Notes under the pieces: model-generated | Told to the model about the DNA's origin: nothing | Seen by the model: the letters and a program-made list of their open reading frames with translations, nothing else | Databases searched by the model: none | NCBI GenBank assembly: GCA_035221665.1 | Contig: CM069141.1 | Location: forward strand, 16,120,001 to 16,184,000 | Source of the DNA: Okamejei kenojei | Taxonomy: Eukaryota | Direction of reading: 5' to 3' | Length of the DNA: 64,000 nucleotides | Made by a program: the position numbers and the translations under genes | In this document: piece after piece, positions 1 to 11,769 of the stretch | Position numbering within the stretch: position 1 is the first letter of the stretch | Layout of the letters: each line of letters starts with the position of its first letter

Positions 1-831
1 ACCCTTGCAGAATAACAGAGAATCTTTTACCAATGTCAGTGAAATCTGGAGTACCTTCTATAATGTTAACTGCATTATTCATGAACCATGTCAGGTACAA
101 ATGAATTATTTTGGTATTTCACCAGTTGTATGCTTAAAACATAGACATTTACATTTTTATTTGTTATACCAATGTTATTTAACCTCATTTTTTAAAAGTA
201 ATGTTTGACTACTTTTATATGATACATTTGTTTGTAAAATGTGAAACCCTGCTTTTTTATTACTTCACTCTGCAATGTTTTAACAAATAAGCCAAAAGAG
301 GATTTCTTCATAAATTGAAAACAGAAAAGCTAAGCGCTATATTATTTCGCATCCCGTCTCCTCCCCTCCCCCCCCCCGCCCAGTTCCTTGTCCCTCTTGA
401 ACTCACTGAACTCATGACCCCCTCCCCTTTCCCTATCTTCTCACCGTGTATCCGAAGTCTCACTCTTAGGGGTTTCCCCACCACTCAGCCAGACTGGGAT
501 ATTGAAAACTCTCAGCAAAACATGGTAACTGGAAGACATGTCCTTGTATTGAAGCGCAAGCTAGACATTGAACCACACCTGGGTGTGGCAAGGGACCGCC
601 TTCACCAGTGAGTGTCTGGCACTCATCTACTCTGGTCTTTGGAGATCTTGCCACCTTCCAGCTAGAAAAATATGTAACCAGGGGTTGGCAACTTGGAAGA
701 TCCAACATAATATTTATAAAAGGTTCTCAAGTCATATAACCTGCTCAAACTCTCCCTATAGCTTTCAGTCCCATATGTCCTGGCAATATCCTGGTAAATC
801 CTCACTGAACCCCAGAGAGGGTGTTTATGAG

Positions 832-2730
832 GATAATTCTGCCTGGAGGTTTGTGACCAGCAGTGCTCCACAGAGATCTGTGCTGAGACCTCTGTTGTTT
901 GTGATATAAATAACGAGGATGAAATATAGATGGGTCGGTTTGTAAGTTTGCAGTTGACACCAAAACTGGTGGAGTGTGGATTGTGAAGTTAAGTGGAATA
1001 TAAATGGTTACAGTGGGATATAATCAGTTACAGATAAGGAGAGAGAAACGGCAGATGGAGTTTAATCCGAGCAAGGGTGAGGTGTTGAAATTTAGGAAGT
1101 CGAATGTAAGAGGAAAGCATACAGTTTAATGGCAAGACCCTCAAATGCATTGATGTACAGAGGGATCCTGTGGTCCAACTCCATAACTCCATGAAAATGT
1201 CAACACAAGCAGATGGACTGGTAAAGAAGACATAAGGTATGCTTGCCTTCATCAGTCGAAGTATTATAATATAAAAATCAGGAAATCATGTTCAGCTTTA
1301 ACAAACTTTGGATAGGCCGCATCTGGAGAGTAGCGCACAGTTCTGGTTGCCCCGTTACAGGAAGGATGTGGAGGCTTTGGGGAGGGTGCAGAAGAGATTT
1401 AGCAGAATACTGCCTGGATTAGAGGGTATTAGTTAGAAGGAGAGGTTGAACAAACTTGTATTGGCATTCATAGCAAAAGGATTTGAGTACAGGAGCAGGG
1501 AGGTTCTACTGCAGTTGTACAGGGTCTTGGTGAGGCCACACCTGGAGTATTGCGTACAGTTTTGGTCTCCTAATCTGAGGAAAGACATTCTTGCCATAGA
1601 GGGAGTACAGAGAAGGTTCACCAGACTGATTCCTGGGATGGCACGACTTCCATATGAAGAAAGACTGGATAGACTTGGCTTGTACTCGCTGGAATTTAGA
1701 AGATTGAGGGGTGATCTCATAGAGACTTACAAAATTCTTAAGGGGTTGGACAGGCTAGATGCAGGAAGATTGTTCCCGATGTTTGGGAAGTCCAGGACAA
1801 GGGGTCACAGTTTAAGGATAAGGGCGAAGTCCTTTAGGACCGAGATGAGAAAATCGTTTTTCTCACAGAGAGTGGTGAATCTGTGGAATTCTCTGCCACA
1901 GAAGGTAGTTGAGGCCAGTTCGTTGGCCATATTTAAGAGGGAGTTGGATGTGGCCCTTGTGGCTGAAGGGATCAGGGGGTATGGAGAGAAGGCAGGTAGA
2001 GGATACTGAGTTGGATGATCAGCCATGATCATATTGAATGGCGGTGCAGGCTCGAAGGACCGAATGGCCTGCTCCTGCACCTAATTTCTATGTTTCTATG
2101 TATTGTTTTCTCTGGAGCATCTGAAGTTGAGGGAAGAGCTGATAGATGGATCTAAAATTGTGAGAGAGATAGATAAGGTAGACAGTCTGAACCTTTTTCC
2201 CCAGGAGGGAAATGTCAAAGACTAGAAGGCATCGTTTTTAGGTGACAGGGGGAGTATAAAGGAGATGTTTTTTACACTGAGAACAGTGTGTGCCTGGAAG
2301 GTGCTGCCAGTGGTGGAGGCAAGTCTGATAGTGCCATTTAAGAGGTTTTCAGATAGGCACATGGATATATGCACAGTTATGTTTTGTTGACTTGAAGTTG
2401 ATTTTTAAAATGAAGAACTGAGACAGCACTTTGTGCCGTAGTTCTAACAATAAATGAATTCTACAAACTTTCTGTTCTGCATCTGTTCTCGCTCTTTCGA
2501 TCACTTGACATCATTACATCATGTACTTAATTTACCTGTCACAACATAGTTTCACTCATCATAACAATATAGCAGAGGGAATGGAGGGATATTGATCATT
2601 GATCACTTGCTAGCAGTGGGGATTAGTTTAACTTGGCACGATGCTTGGCTCAGGCAGGTACGATAGTGGCATTTAAGAGGCTTTAAGATAGGCACATGGA
2701 TCTGCAGTGAATGGAGGAATGTTGATCACG
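832..2730 (+). mobile_element. Old decayed CR1 LINE 3' half, interrupted by a younger CR1 (1464-2098) and a ~200 bp insert (~2371-2570)
   Basis: WRFVTSSAPQRSVLRPLLFVI matches the CR1 RT motif [15 protein letters not shown]; homology resumes at 2101 (LFSLE...), with many stops and frameshifts. Confidence 0.85.
1464..2098 (+). mobile_element. 5'-truncated young CR1 LINE (ORF2 C-terminus plus 3' UTR)
   Basis: ORF 1446-2009 LVRPHLEYCVQFWSP...LEFRRLRGDLIETYKI...FFSQRVVNLWNSLP; (TTTCTATG)n tail; TGTATTG at 1457-1463 and 2099-2105. Confidence 0.95.
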
Positions 2731-2997
2731 CGCTAACTGACCTTTATAAGTAGCTGCATAATCGCTGGAAGATCTTGAGTTCAGTTCCCTGGGTCTGCTG
2801 TGTAATCTTATCACATCTGGGATATAATTGCATGACATGTGGCCTCCAGTACCCTGGACCCGAGACCAGATGAAACCATGGACTTTTGATAGAGAAACAT
2901 TGGGAGCAGTAAAACAAATTTGTTCAGGACCTTCAGGGGAAGCACACACTCTGGAAAACAGGAACGTCGTTAATTGGAATTTTGAAAAACCAATGAT

Positions 2998-3087
2998 GGA
3001 CATAAACTGGTGTAGTAACTCAGCAGGTCGGACAACATCTCTGGAGAAAAAGGATGGGTGATGTTTTGGTTCGGGTCCCTCCTTCAA
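2998..3087 (-). mobile_element. Decayed Penelope-like 3' end with degenerate hammerhead
   Basis: Similar to the reverse complement of 17255-17346. Confidence 0.75.
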
Positions 3088-4080
3088 TGTTATTCGCTGT
3101 GTTTTTGATGGACATTGTGGATTTATTATGTATTTCCCGTCTTTTCCATTTATTTTATAGGTAGCTGAAAGACTGTTCAACTTGTAATGGTAATTCTCCT
3201 GCGATTTTGTTCTAATTTTTGTCCATTTTATTATTTATATAGAAATCTAGTTGCAGCAAAGTCCAGCCACCTAGTCTGCTTCTTTCAATACTCTGGCATA
3301 TTGAGTTGACAGCTGCCTTCCATAGCTGCCTTAGGTCAGAGTTGATCTTGCTAAAATTAGCACTCTCCAGACCATTTAATAAGGATTTGCTGTTAGCAAA
3401 ATATCAATGATGTCAAAGCTAAGGTTAAGTACCAACAAGATGGTGAATTTTATTGCACCAGACCAAAAAATAATTTTTGTTAGAAGACCAAATGTAAGCA
3501 AGTGCCCGTTTCACATTGGGTTCGATTAAATTTTAAATAGGATAAGATCGCAAAGAATAAATGGGAAAGGACTTTCAGGCCACTTGAGTGTAGCAAATAA
3601 TTAATATCAGATTTTATTCATTGCAAAGGATTAAAGGTCTTTGTACAAAATCAAGGAGAGTGTAACTAATTTAGGGAATGGTTTAATGATTTCCTTTGTC
3701 TCGCCATCTTCCCATGTTCCAGATGGGAAAAAGAAAAACTCAGTCCTGCTCATCAAAACAAATTCAGCATTGTTGACAGATAATTGGGCTTTGGTTAGAC
3801 TTAATAGTCTTTCAAATCCATTATGACCACAATTCTCAAAAGATTTAAACTTTTGGTAAGTGCATTATTGGGAGAGAAATAGCAGCTCAAATTAAATGCC
3901 TGAAAGATCTATTTCTTTTCAGAATGTGCCAATGCTATTGTGCATTCGCTCTCTATTGTGTGTTATTATTGAATTCATGAATTTATATTACCCATTGATC
4001 TGTTATGTATGGGGGTGTGTTCTGAACGTTATCGGTGATTTTGGTATGGAGGTGAGAATAGAAAAGTTAGCTGTGTTGGT

Positions 4081-4203
4081 GATAGACACAAAATGCCGGA
4101 CTAACTAGCGGGTTACGCAACATCGCTGGAGAAAAAGAAAAGGTGACGTTTCGGGTCAAGACCTTTTCAGTCTTAAGAAGAATCTTGACACAAAACGTCA
4201 CCT
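4081..4203. mobile_element. Penelope-derived inverted (head-to-head) hammerhead pair, decayed
   Basis: AGGTGACGTTTCGGGTCAAGACC...TCTTGACACAAAACGTCACCT inverted repeat. Confidence 0.75.
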
Positions 4204-4265
4204 GCAGGTATGCATCTAATTCTCCTTCAACTGTTGCTCCAGTTCATATAGAGGTAGGGATGCTT

Positions 4266-4497
4266 GGAATGGAATAATTTATTGTCACATGTGGCAAGGC
4301 GCAGTGAAGTTCTTTGCTTGCATACCCAAGGTAAATAGCAGCCACCTATGGTGCTGACAAAGTTTACAAAGTACCCCGGCTCCTCCTTTGATCCCCCCCT
4401 CCCCCCACAGTGGTTCCCCCACGCCGGGTCCCCATTGTCCATTGCTCTTCCCCCCTCCCTTACAGTGGTCCCCAAGCCGGGTCCTCCATTGTACCCC
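4266..4497 (-). mobile_element. 3' end of a non-LTR retroposon with (ATTCC)n tail
   Basis: GGAATGGAAT..TTTATTGTCACATG; second copy at ~28353-28530. Confidence 0.65.
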
Positions 4498-4610
4498 TCT
4501 CTGATCAGATGAATGTTTACACAAGACCTATCATGGGTGAAATGTGCCCCAACTGGGACTGAGGGGTGGAAGTTGATGGAGAATGCTCTTCTGGCTTAGG
4601 GCTGAGAATG

Positions 4611-4830
4611 TTTAGTTTAGAGATGCAGTGCAGAAATAGGCCCCACGCCGACCAACGATAACTGCACATTAACACTACCCCGCACACACTAGGGATCATT
4701 TTACATTTACACCAAGCCAATTAACCTACAAACCTGTACGTCTTTGGAGTGTGGGGGGATACCGAAGATCTCAGCAAAAGCCCGCGCAGGTCATGGGGAG
4801 AACGTACAAACTCCCTAGAAACAAGCACCC
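4611..4830 (-). mobile_element. HE1-like V-SINE, head truncated
   Basis: TTTAGTTTAGAGAT tail; CCAATTAACCTACAAACCTGTACGTCTTTGGAGTGTGG core. Confidence 0.9.
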
Positions 4831-5385
4831 AATTCTTCTCCATTAGAAAACATGTTAACTCTACTGCTCATTGGCACTTTGCTTTGCTGGTAGACTTGCT
4901 GTTATGTTCATGAGAGACAGATGTAGTGCAGCTCAGTGTGAGGAGGCGAGGAGTACGGTAGAAAATTTTGTTTAGGGGATAAAGTAAAATAAAAATAAAT
5001 TTGTTAGAAAACCCTTTCACTCTTATCCAAATGCATTAATTTACCCTCTGAGCACCCACTTATTTTACTTTTTTCTAGCCGTGCTTTCATCAGCTTGGGT
5101 CTTATCTCCTGAAATTATCTCCATAAGCATCCCACCTCAACACCTTTCCCACTTCCTTTCGGACTTGCTTGTTTTCTCAGCTTCTTGATCTTTGTCTTTT
5201 GGATGTCATTGGAAATGTTCCTACATTTACAAAATCGATGTACAAATACACACTGTGATTCTGGGCTTTAGATGCACAAGCTATCTGATGTTATAATCCC
5301 ACCGTTTACACAAACAGAGCAGTTGATCACAGCATAAGCCCACATGCTTGGAAGATATCTATCGTTTGGAAGATCTCTGGGTTAT

Positions 5386-5686
5386 TTTAGTTTCGCTTAG
5401 AGATACAGCAGAGAAACGGGTCCTTTGGCCCACCAAGTCCCTGCCTGGCAGCAATCACCAATACACCAGTCCTAACCTACACACTAGGGACAATTTACAG
5501 AAGCCAATTAACCTACCAACCTGCACGCCTTTGGAATGTGGAAGGAAACTGGAGCACCTGGAGAAAACCCACATGGTCACGGGGGCAACATACATACTCC
5601 ACACTGGCAGCACCCTTAGGACAGGATCGAACCCGGGTCTCTGGCGCTGTGAGGCAGCAACCCGACCGCTGCAACAGTGTGCCACC
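5386..5686 (-). mobile_element. HE1-like V-SINE, near full length
   Basis: B box GGTTCGATCC on the minus strand, V-type core, CR1-like tail. Confidence 0.9.
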
Positions 5687-6517
5687 GAATGGTTAACCTG
5701 CGATTTTTATGGAGGATTATTTTAATGATAGCTAAACTATGGGTTGCCCATTTTTTTAAATTTCCCTGGCTAGGCAGTGAATTTTATCCCATCATCGATT
5801 CTGTGGGTCAGGCAGACGGTGACGAAAGGAAGAGGGCAATGCAGGTGTACTTGTACACCTGAACATTTACAGTGGCTTCAAATCCGAAATTCTGCTTCCA
5901 ATGAAGAGACTTTAATGGATTTCTATTCCTGAAACAATGATTAAACAATGCATTGAAGAGAAACACTTTTCGAAAAGGTAAAAGGGACAGAGGCCCTGAA
6001 GTCTTTGACTAGATAATTACGGAGGGGGATGATTGCTGACAGAACCAGTATGTGTTTTACGGAATAGCAACTCTCCAGGAGAAATGTATTATAAACGGAG
6101 ATATCAAATTTGAACCATTTGGCAGCATGTAAAACTGCTGAGTGAAATCCTGCTAAAGCTATTTTGTGCTGTTCACCACATTTTCCAGGATATTAGTTGC
6201 AAGCATAATCTTGCTCTATGGAATAAAGGTTTGCAAGGAATGTTCTCAGTAATATTTATCCTAAACACACACACAGTCAGAATGCAGTGTTGTCTTTGCA
6301 GCACCAAGACATACTATATTCCTGATTTACATTAATGTTAATTACATTACATTAGTGTTCTGCATCTGATTTTCTCACTGTTTTCTATGATGAAAAAAAT
6401 GATGTGCTGTTCACAATTGCACTTTCAAACTCATTTTGACTAGGTGCGCAAAAGGCAACACTGCACGGGAATAGTTCCCTCGGCCCACAATGTCCGTGCC
6501 AGACATAATGGCAAGAT

Positions 6518-6655
6518 ATGTAGGAGGGGACTGCAGATGCTGGTTTATAACGAAGATAGACACAAAATGGTGGAGCAACTCAGCAGCTCAGGCAGCAACT
6601 TTGCAGAAAAGGAATAGGTGGTGTTTCGGGTCAAGACCCTTTTGAGTCTGAAGGA
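6518..6655 (-). mobile_element. Penelope-like 3' end, long-tail type, decayed hammerhead
   Basis: TGTAGGAGGGGACTGCAGATGCTGG...TGTTTCGGGTCAAGACCC. Confidence 0.75.
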
Positions 6656-6755
6656 ATGAATGGCGATCACAGAAAACAAAATCCTCAGAAGTGACAACTG
6701 GAACTGTGATTGGGGCTTCCAAAAAGTGAGCAAAGTATTTACCGAATTAAGATCA

Positions 6756-7045
6756 GGGCGGTACGGTGACACAGCGGTGGTGTTACTGCCTTACAGCACG
6801 TGTAGCATCAGAGACCTGGGTTCGATCCTGACTACGGGTGCTGTTTGTCTGGTGTTTCCACTTTCTCCCCGCGACCGTGTTGGTTTTCTCCCAGATCTTC
6901 GGTTTCCTCCCACATTCCAAAGACGTACAGGTTTGTACAGGTGTAACTTGTCCCTGGCGTGTGTAGGATAGTGTAGATGTGCGATGATCGCTGGTCAGTG
7001 CGGACTCTGTGGGCTGAAGGGCCTGTTTCCGCGTTGCTCTAAAAA
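6756..7045 (+). mobile_element. HE1-like V-SINE
   Basis: tRNA-like head with GGTTCGATCC; tail GGGCTGAAGGGCCTGTTTCCGCG. Confidence 0.9.
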
Positions 7046-7604
7046 TAAAAATATAAAACCCAAAAAAATTGAAGAAAAAAGATAATTGTTTTATTTACTT
7101 GCTTTTTGTAAACAAAAAGGTTTTCAAACCAAAATAGAGGCAACAACACTTTTAAACCAAAGGAGAACCTGATTTTCTCTAGATTGTTAAAGAGCCGGCA
7201 GTGGCGATAATTACGTGAGTCTGTTGTGAATGATGAGAGTTTCATGTCAGTTGTGTTAATTAATGTATATACTTAAACAATAAGCTGGTCTTTCCACCGA
7301 GGATGTTTCGTCCTTGTGGAATACAACTGAAGCCAATTAAGCTTTGTCAAGCAACTGCAGAAAAATAATTGGTCAGAAAATTAACAGTGTTTGCCAAGAG
7401 AAAAACATAATTTATTTTTTATTACTGAAAATGATATTTTTATGCATCTGATGTATATGTGTTTTTGCAAAAATAATTTCACTGTGCAGTTGCACGTGTG
7501 ACAAATAAAGCACCGTAGAATTGCCATTCTTTCTCTCTGCATCTGCATCGTTCTGTGGACCAAAGAGCCTGTTTCTGTGCTGTGCTGTTCTTTGGTCACC
7601 TTGT

Positions 7605-7708
7605 CTTCTTCAGACTGGTGAAGGGTCTCGACCCGAAACGTCAACAATTCCTTCTCTCCAGAGATGCTGCCTGTCCCGCTGAGTTACCCCAGCATTTTGT
7701 GTCTTTAT
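7605..7708 (+). mobile_element. Penelope-like 3' end with mutated hammerhead core
   Basis: CTGGTGAAGGGTCTCGACCCGAAACGTC...CAGCATTTTGTGTC. Confidence 0.8.
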
Positions 7709-7834
7709 TCCCATAGAACTGGATTATGCCCTCAACTAATATCCTGGAAAATGAGGCGAACTCCAGAGATTAAACACAAAATCAGATTTGATGTTCATTT
7801 GCACCTTTTACTGTCTCTCCTGCTACTCTGGTTG

Positions 7835-8170
7835 TACGTCTATGACCAGTGGAGTTCCACAGGGATCTGTGCTGGGACCTCTGTTTATAAATGTAAATGG
7901 GCGGTTGGTAAATTTGCAGATGGCACCAAGATTGCTGGATTGGCAGACAGTGAGGAAAACTTTCAAAGTATACAGTGGGATGCAGATCAACTACAGAAAT
8001 AACAGATAGTTCATAATCTGAGCAAGTGTGAGGTGTTGCACTTTGGGAGGTCAAATCTAAGGGTGAAGTAAATGTTTGATGGCAAGATTAGTTTAACTTC
8101 GCATTATGTTTGGCACAGACATTGCGGGCCAAAGGGCCTATTCCTGTGCTGTACTTTTTACTGTTCTATT
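7835..8170 (+). mobile_element. Old CR1 fragment with internal deletion
   Basis: [14 protein letters not shown]; KFADGTKIAG; 3' tail GGGCCAAAGGGCCT. Confidence 0.8.
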
Positions 8171-8734
8171 TGTACGTAGTAGAAATTTGCTACTTTGCAA
8201 AAGTCTTCCCTAAACACTAAAATAATATATATTTGTATATAGTATTGTATAATTGTTTATTTATTCTACCTACAATGCATCATGAATTAGTCGAATTAAA
8301 CTCATAATAAAATAATTGAGAACCGGTTACCTTGACAGAAAAAGATTTGTGCTTTCTTTGATATCTCTGTTTGTAGTCAATACGGGATTTGCTACCAGCT
8401 CACTTTGAATTCTTTTGTTGCCTTCTATTCTATTTTCTGTTAGTTTTGCTTCTACCAGATGACTTGGAACAGTGTAAGGTCTGCAGACTCTGTCTTATTT
8501 AAAATGACTGCTCAACCATTGATAACTGGGGACAGAAAAGTCAATAGAAATGATTTGTTAAGGCTTAAGTTATTAACAGGCAATGATGTTAAAGCTGATA
8601 CAATATGTACACATGTATGGCAAATGTGTTTTAAGGTGTGCATCTGAATTAAATGGCGATCAAATTAATCCTAACAATTTTTCTTTGCACAGCTTAACGG
8701 CAAACAGATTAGTCAGGATAGAAAATTATTTAAA

Positions 8735-10461
8735 ATGGGAGAATCTAGGATGAGAGATCATAGCATCAGAATTATCAGCTTCAGGATGTTCGTTTAGGAA
8801 GGAGGTGAGGGGCAATTGCTTTAGTCAGAGGATGGTGAACCTGTGGAATTCATTGCCGCAGAAGGCTGTGGAGGCCGTCAGTGGATATTTTCAAGGCAGA
8901 GAAAGATAGATTCTTGATTAGTACAGGTGTTTGGGGATATGGGGCAGGCATGTGCCGTCAGTGTAGGCAAGGTAGGCACTGCCTACCCTGACTAAAATTA
9001 TAACATAGTAATTACTAAATATAAATAGTAAAGGCATGGGAGAATTATGCCTATGTAAGAGACATATGCCTATGTAGGTAGGCATAATTCTCCGTACCTT
9101 TCATCCGCAGCGCTTGTAACACGGGAAGGTCTGTGCAGCCCACGTGCCGTCAGCGCTGCTTCAAGCGTCAATTTCAATCGGGGCTGAAGGCAGCAGAAAT
9201 TCTGCCTTTGCAGCACTGAGCATGCTCAGCAGTCTACTGCGCATGCGCAGCGCAAGTTTCTTGGCGGGTTTTCCAAATATGGTTTGTCGTGTACCAATGA
9301 TGTGGTAAGTACATTTCTTGGTGATGATTTTAACTACCATATTTCCCGGGGTGTGGGGGTGGGGGGAGAGCTCCTTTCCAAGTGTTTGGGGAGTCTGGCC
9401 CGGGGTAAAGTTGCGGGGAGGGCACAAATGTTATGAAGGAGGGGATTGGGATAATGCCACTTGCGACGCTCCTTGCACGGAGGCGTGGAATGCCACCGCA
9501 TTGAGGCCGGGGGGGGGGGGGGGGGGGGGGGGAGAGAAGTAGCTCGGGTGGCTGAGCAGCCGCCGGGCCGGACAGCGGAACCAGCCGCCACCTTAGCTCC
9601 TTCTGCCGGTTCCCACTCAGCTCTCCGTCTAAAAACCTCTCTCCTGCCGCTCGCTGGCCTCACTCATGTCCTTAAATTCCGACAGCGGGATTGAGGTTAC
9701 TCGGCTGTGGGAATTTAAGGATTTGCAGGAAGCCGCTGACATGAGCGAAGTCGGCGAACGGCAGGTGACAGGTGTTCCGACGGAGAGCAGTGCCAGAGGT
9801 GAGCGGGCCGGCAGAAGGCGCTGAAGTGGCGGCCAGTTCTGCTGTCGGGTACCGGCGGCCGCTCGCAGCTCCCCGAGCTGCTTCTATCCCCAGCTACAGT
9901 GCATGGCTTCGCGCCCGGAGTGCTGTGGTAGCGGTGAGTGAGTTACTGGCAGTATCCCCGACCTCCTCCTTCTCAACACTCCTGCCCTCCCCACAATTTT
10001 ACCCCTGGCACAGACTCTCCACACGCTGTGAAAGGAACTGTTCCCCCAATTGGTCCCTTGAACAAGTGTTGTCATTCAATAAGATGACAACTGATTCAAC
10101 TATTCCCTGCACTCCCATTATTCCCACCATCTCCACCTGCCATCACACTTCACCCCCCCCCCCTCCCACCCATTCAGTAATTCAGAATAAAGGAGACTAG
10201 GAAGCCTTGGGCAAATTGAATTGTCACTGTTTTTATTTATTTATTTTTTTAACGGAGAGAACAATATGCGCATGCGCGGTTTAATTTTTTTTAAGCCGAC
10301 TGAGTGCCTACCCTGAGTAATTACTCACGGCACGTGCCTGATATGGGGCGAAGGTAGGAGAATGGGGTTAAGAGGGAAAGATTGATCAACCATGATTGAA
10401 TGGCAGAGTAGACTTGATAGGCCGAATGGCCTAATTCTGCTCCTATCACTTATGAACATGA
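8735..10461 (+). mobile_element. CR1 3' fragment split by a hAT-like element (parts 8735-8944 and 10349-10461)
   Basis: CR1 3' end GGGATATGGGG|CGAAGGTAGGAGAATGG is continuous across the insertion. Confidence 0.85.
8945..10340. mobile_element. Non-autonomous hAT-like DNA transposon, copy 1
   Basis: 14-bp TIR CAGGCA(T/C)GTGCCGT (13/14 match); perfect 8-bp TSD ATATGGGG at 8937-8944 and 10341-10348; no transposase ORF. Confidence 0.92.
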
Positions 10462-10569
10462 AAATAGGCTTTTAAAAATTAATTTATATACCTCTATATT
10501 TGTCCTCTGTAACATTTTGGTGTAGATCATGTTTTTATTACCAAATAGATCACTGATTTTACGAATACT

Positions 10570-10921
10570 AGAAGGCCTGGATGGTGAATGTTGGGAGGAT
10601 GTTTCCATTAGTGGGAGAGTCAAGGATCAGAGGCCATAACCTCAGAATAAAAGAGCATACCTTTAGAAAGATGAGAAGGAATTTCTTTAGTCAGAGGGTG
10701 GTGAATCTGAGGAATTTGTTGCCAGAGACGGCTGTGGAGCCCAGTCAATGGATATTTTTAAGGCGAAGATTGACATAATCTCGATTAGTCGGGGTGTCAG
10801 GGGTTATGGGGCGAAGGCAGGAGAATGTGGTTGAGAGGGAAAGATAGATGAGCCGTGATTGAATGGTGGAGTAGACTTGATGTGCCGAATGGCCTCATTC
10901 TGCTCCTAGAACCTATGAACA
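10570..10921 (+). mobile_element. CR1 3' fragment
   Basis: RMFPLVGESRIRGHNLRIK...FFSQRVVNL plus 3' UTR. Confidence 0.9.
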
Positions 10922-11129
10922 CGATTATTTCCCATGTCTCTTTTAAAATCCAGTCTCAACCAATGGATTATTAACCATTGACTGTACCAAGTTTATTCGG
11001 TTTCAGTGCAATTTTTAATTGGGTGCCTGAGCACATATCAATTATTTCACAGCATTTCACCGTTGCAGACTGGTTCGGACGTTTGCCAGTATTCAAGTTC
11101 CAGCCAAGGAACCTGACCTCGTAACTTAG

Positions 11130-11395
11130 AATATAGAACAGTACGGCAGGTACAGGCTCTTCAGCCCACAATGTCCAGCGAATCATAATGCCAAGTTAAA
11201 CTAATCTTGTCCTGCTGCACATGATCTATATGCCTCCATTCCCTGCGTATACATGTGACTCTCTAAAAACCTCTTAAACACTACTATAGTATCGGCCCCC
11301 ACCACCGTCCAAGCACTCGCCAATCTCTGTGTCTTTTAAAAAAAAACTTGCCCCACGCATCGACTTTAAATTCTGCCCCTCTCAACTTTAAACTA
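11130..11395 (-). mobile_element. Old CR1 3' fragment
   Basis: Reverse complement of the tail type seen at 2570-2650 and 8085-8170. Confidence 0.7.
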
Positions 11396-11404
11396 ACCCT
11401 TCCG

Positions 11405-11570
11405 GCATTTAAGGTGACACTTCAATATAGTACCGTCAGAGTGATGTGAAGGTGTTAAAGTTACAGGGAGAAGGCAGGAGAATGGGGCCACAAGGGAAAA
11501 ATAAATCAGCCATGATGGGATGGCAGAGCACATTCGATGGGCCCAATTCTGGTCCGATGTCTTATGGTGC
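11405..11570 (+). mobile_element. Old CR1 3' UTR fragment
   Basis: GGGAGAAGGCAGGAGAATGGGG...TCAGCCATGAT. Confidence 0.65.
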
Positions 11571-11572
11571 AT

Positions 11573-11697
11573 TATCTCGGAGAAAACCCACGCAAGTCAC
11601 GGGAGAACGTACAAACTCTGTACAGACAGCACCCATAGTCAGGATCGAAACTGGGTCTCTGGCGTTGCAAGGTGGTAGCTCTACCTCTGCGCTACCG
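11573..11697 (-). mobile_element. HE1-like SINE head fragment
   Basis: Near-identical to 13254-13378. Confidence 0.85.
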
Positions 11698-11769
11698 AGA
11701 CTCTCTTTCACCTCAGCGTAGGGCTCAAGGAAAGAACGTTCACGTCACAGCTCCGTTTCCACCAATCTT

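Noticed and set aside
315-700. Possible ancient LINE remnant or ORFs
   Set aside because: Resemblance too weak to assign
7230-7330. C box (ATGATGA) and D box (CTGA) with an internal hairpin; GGACGAAAC on the minus strand
   Set aside because: No terminal stem or recognisable guide for a snoRNA; no upstream CTGANGA for a hammerhead
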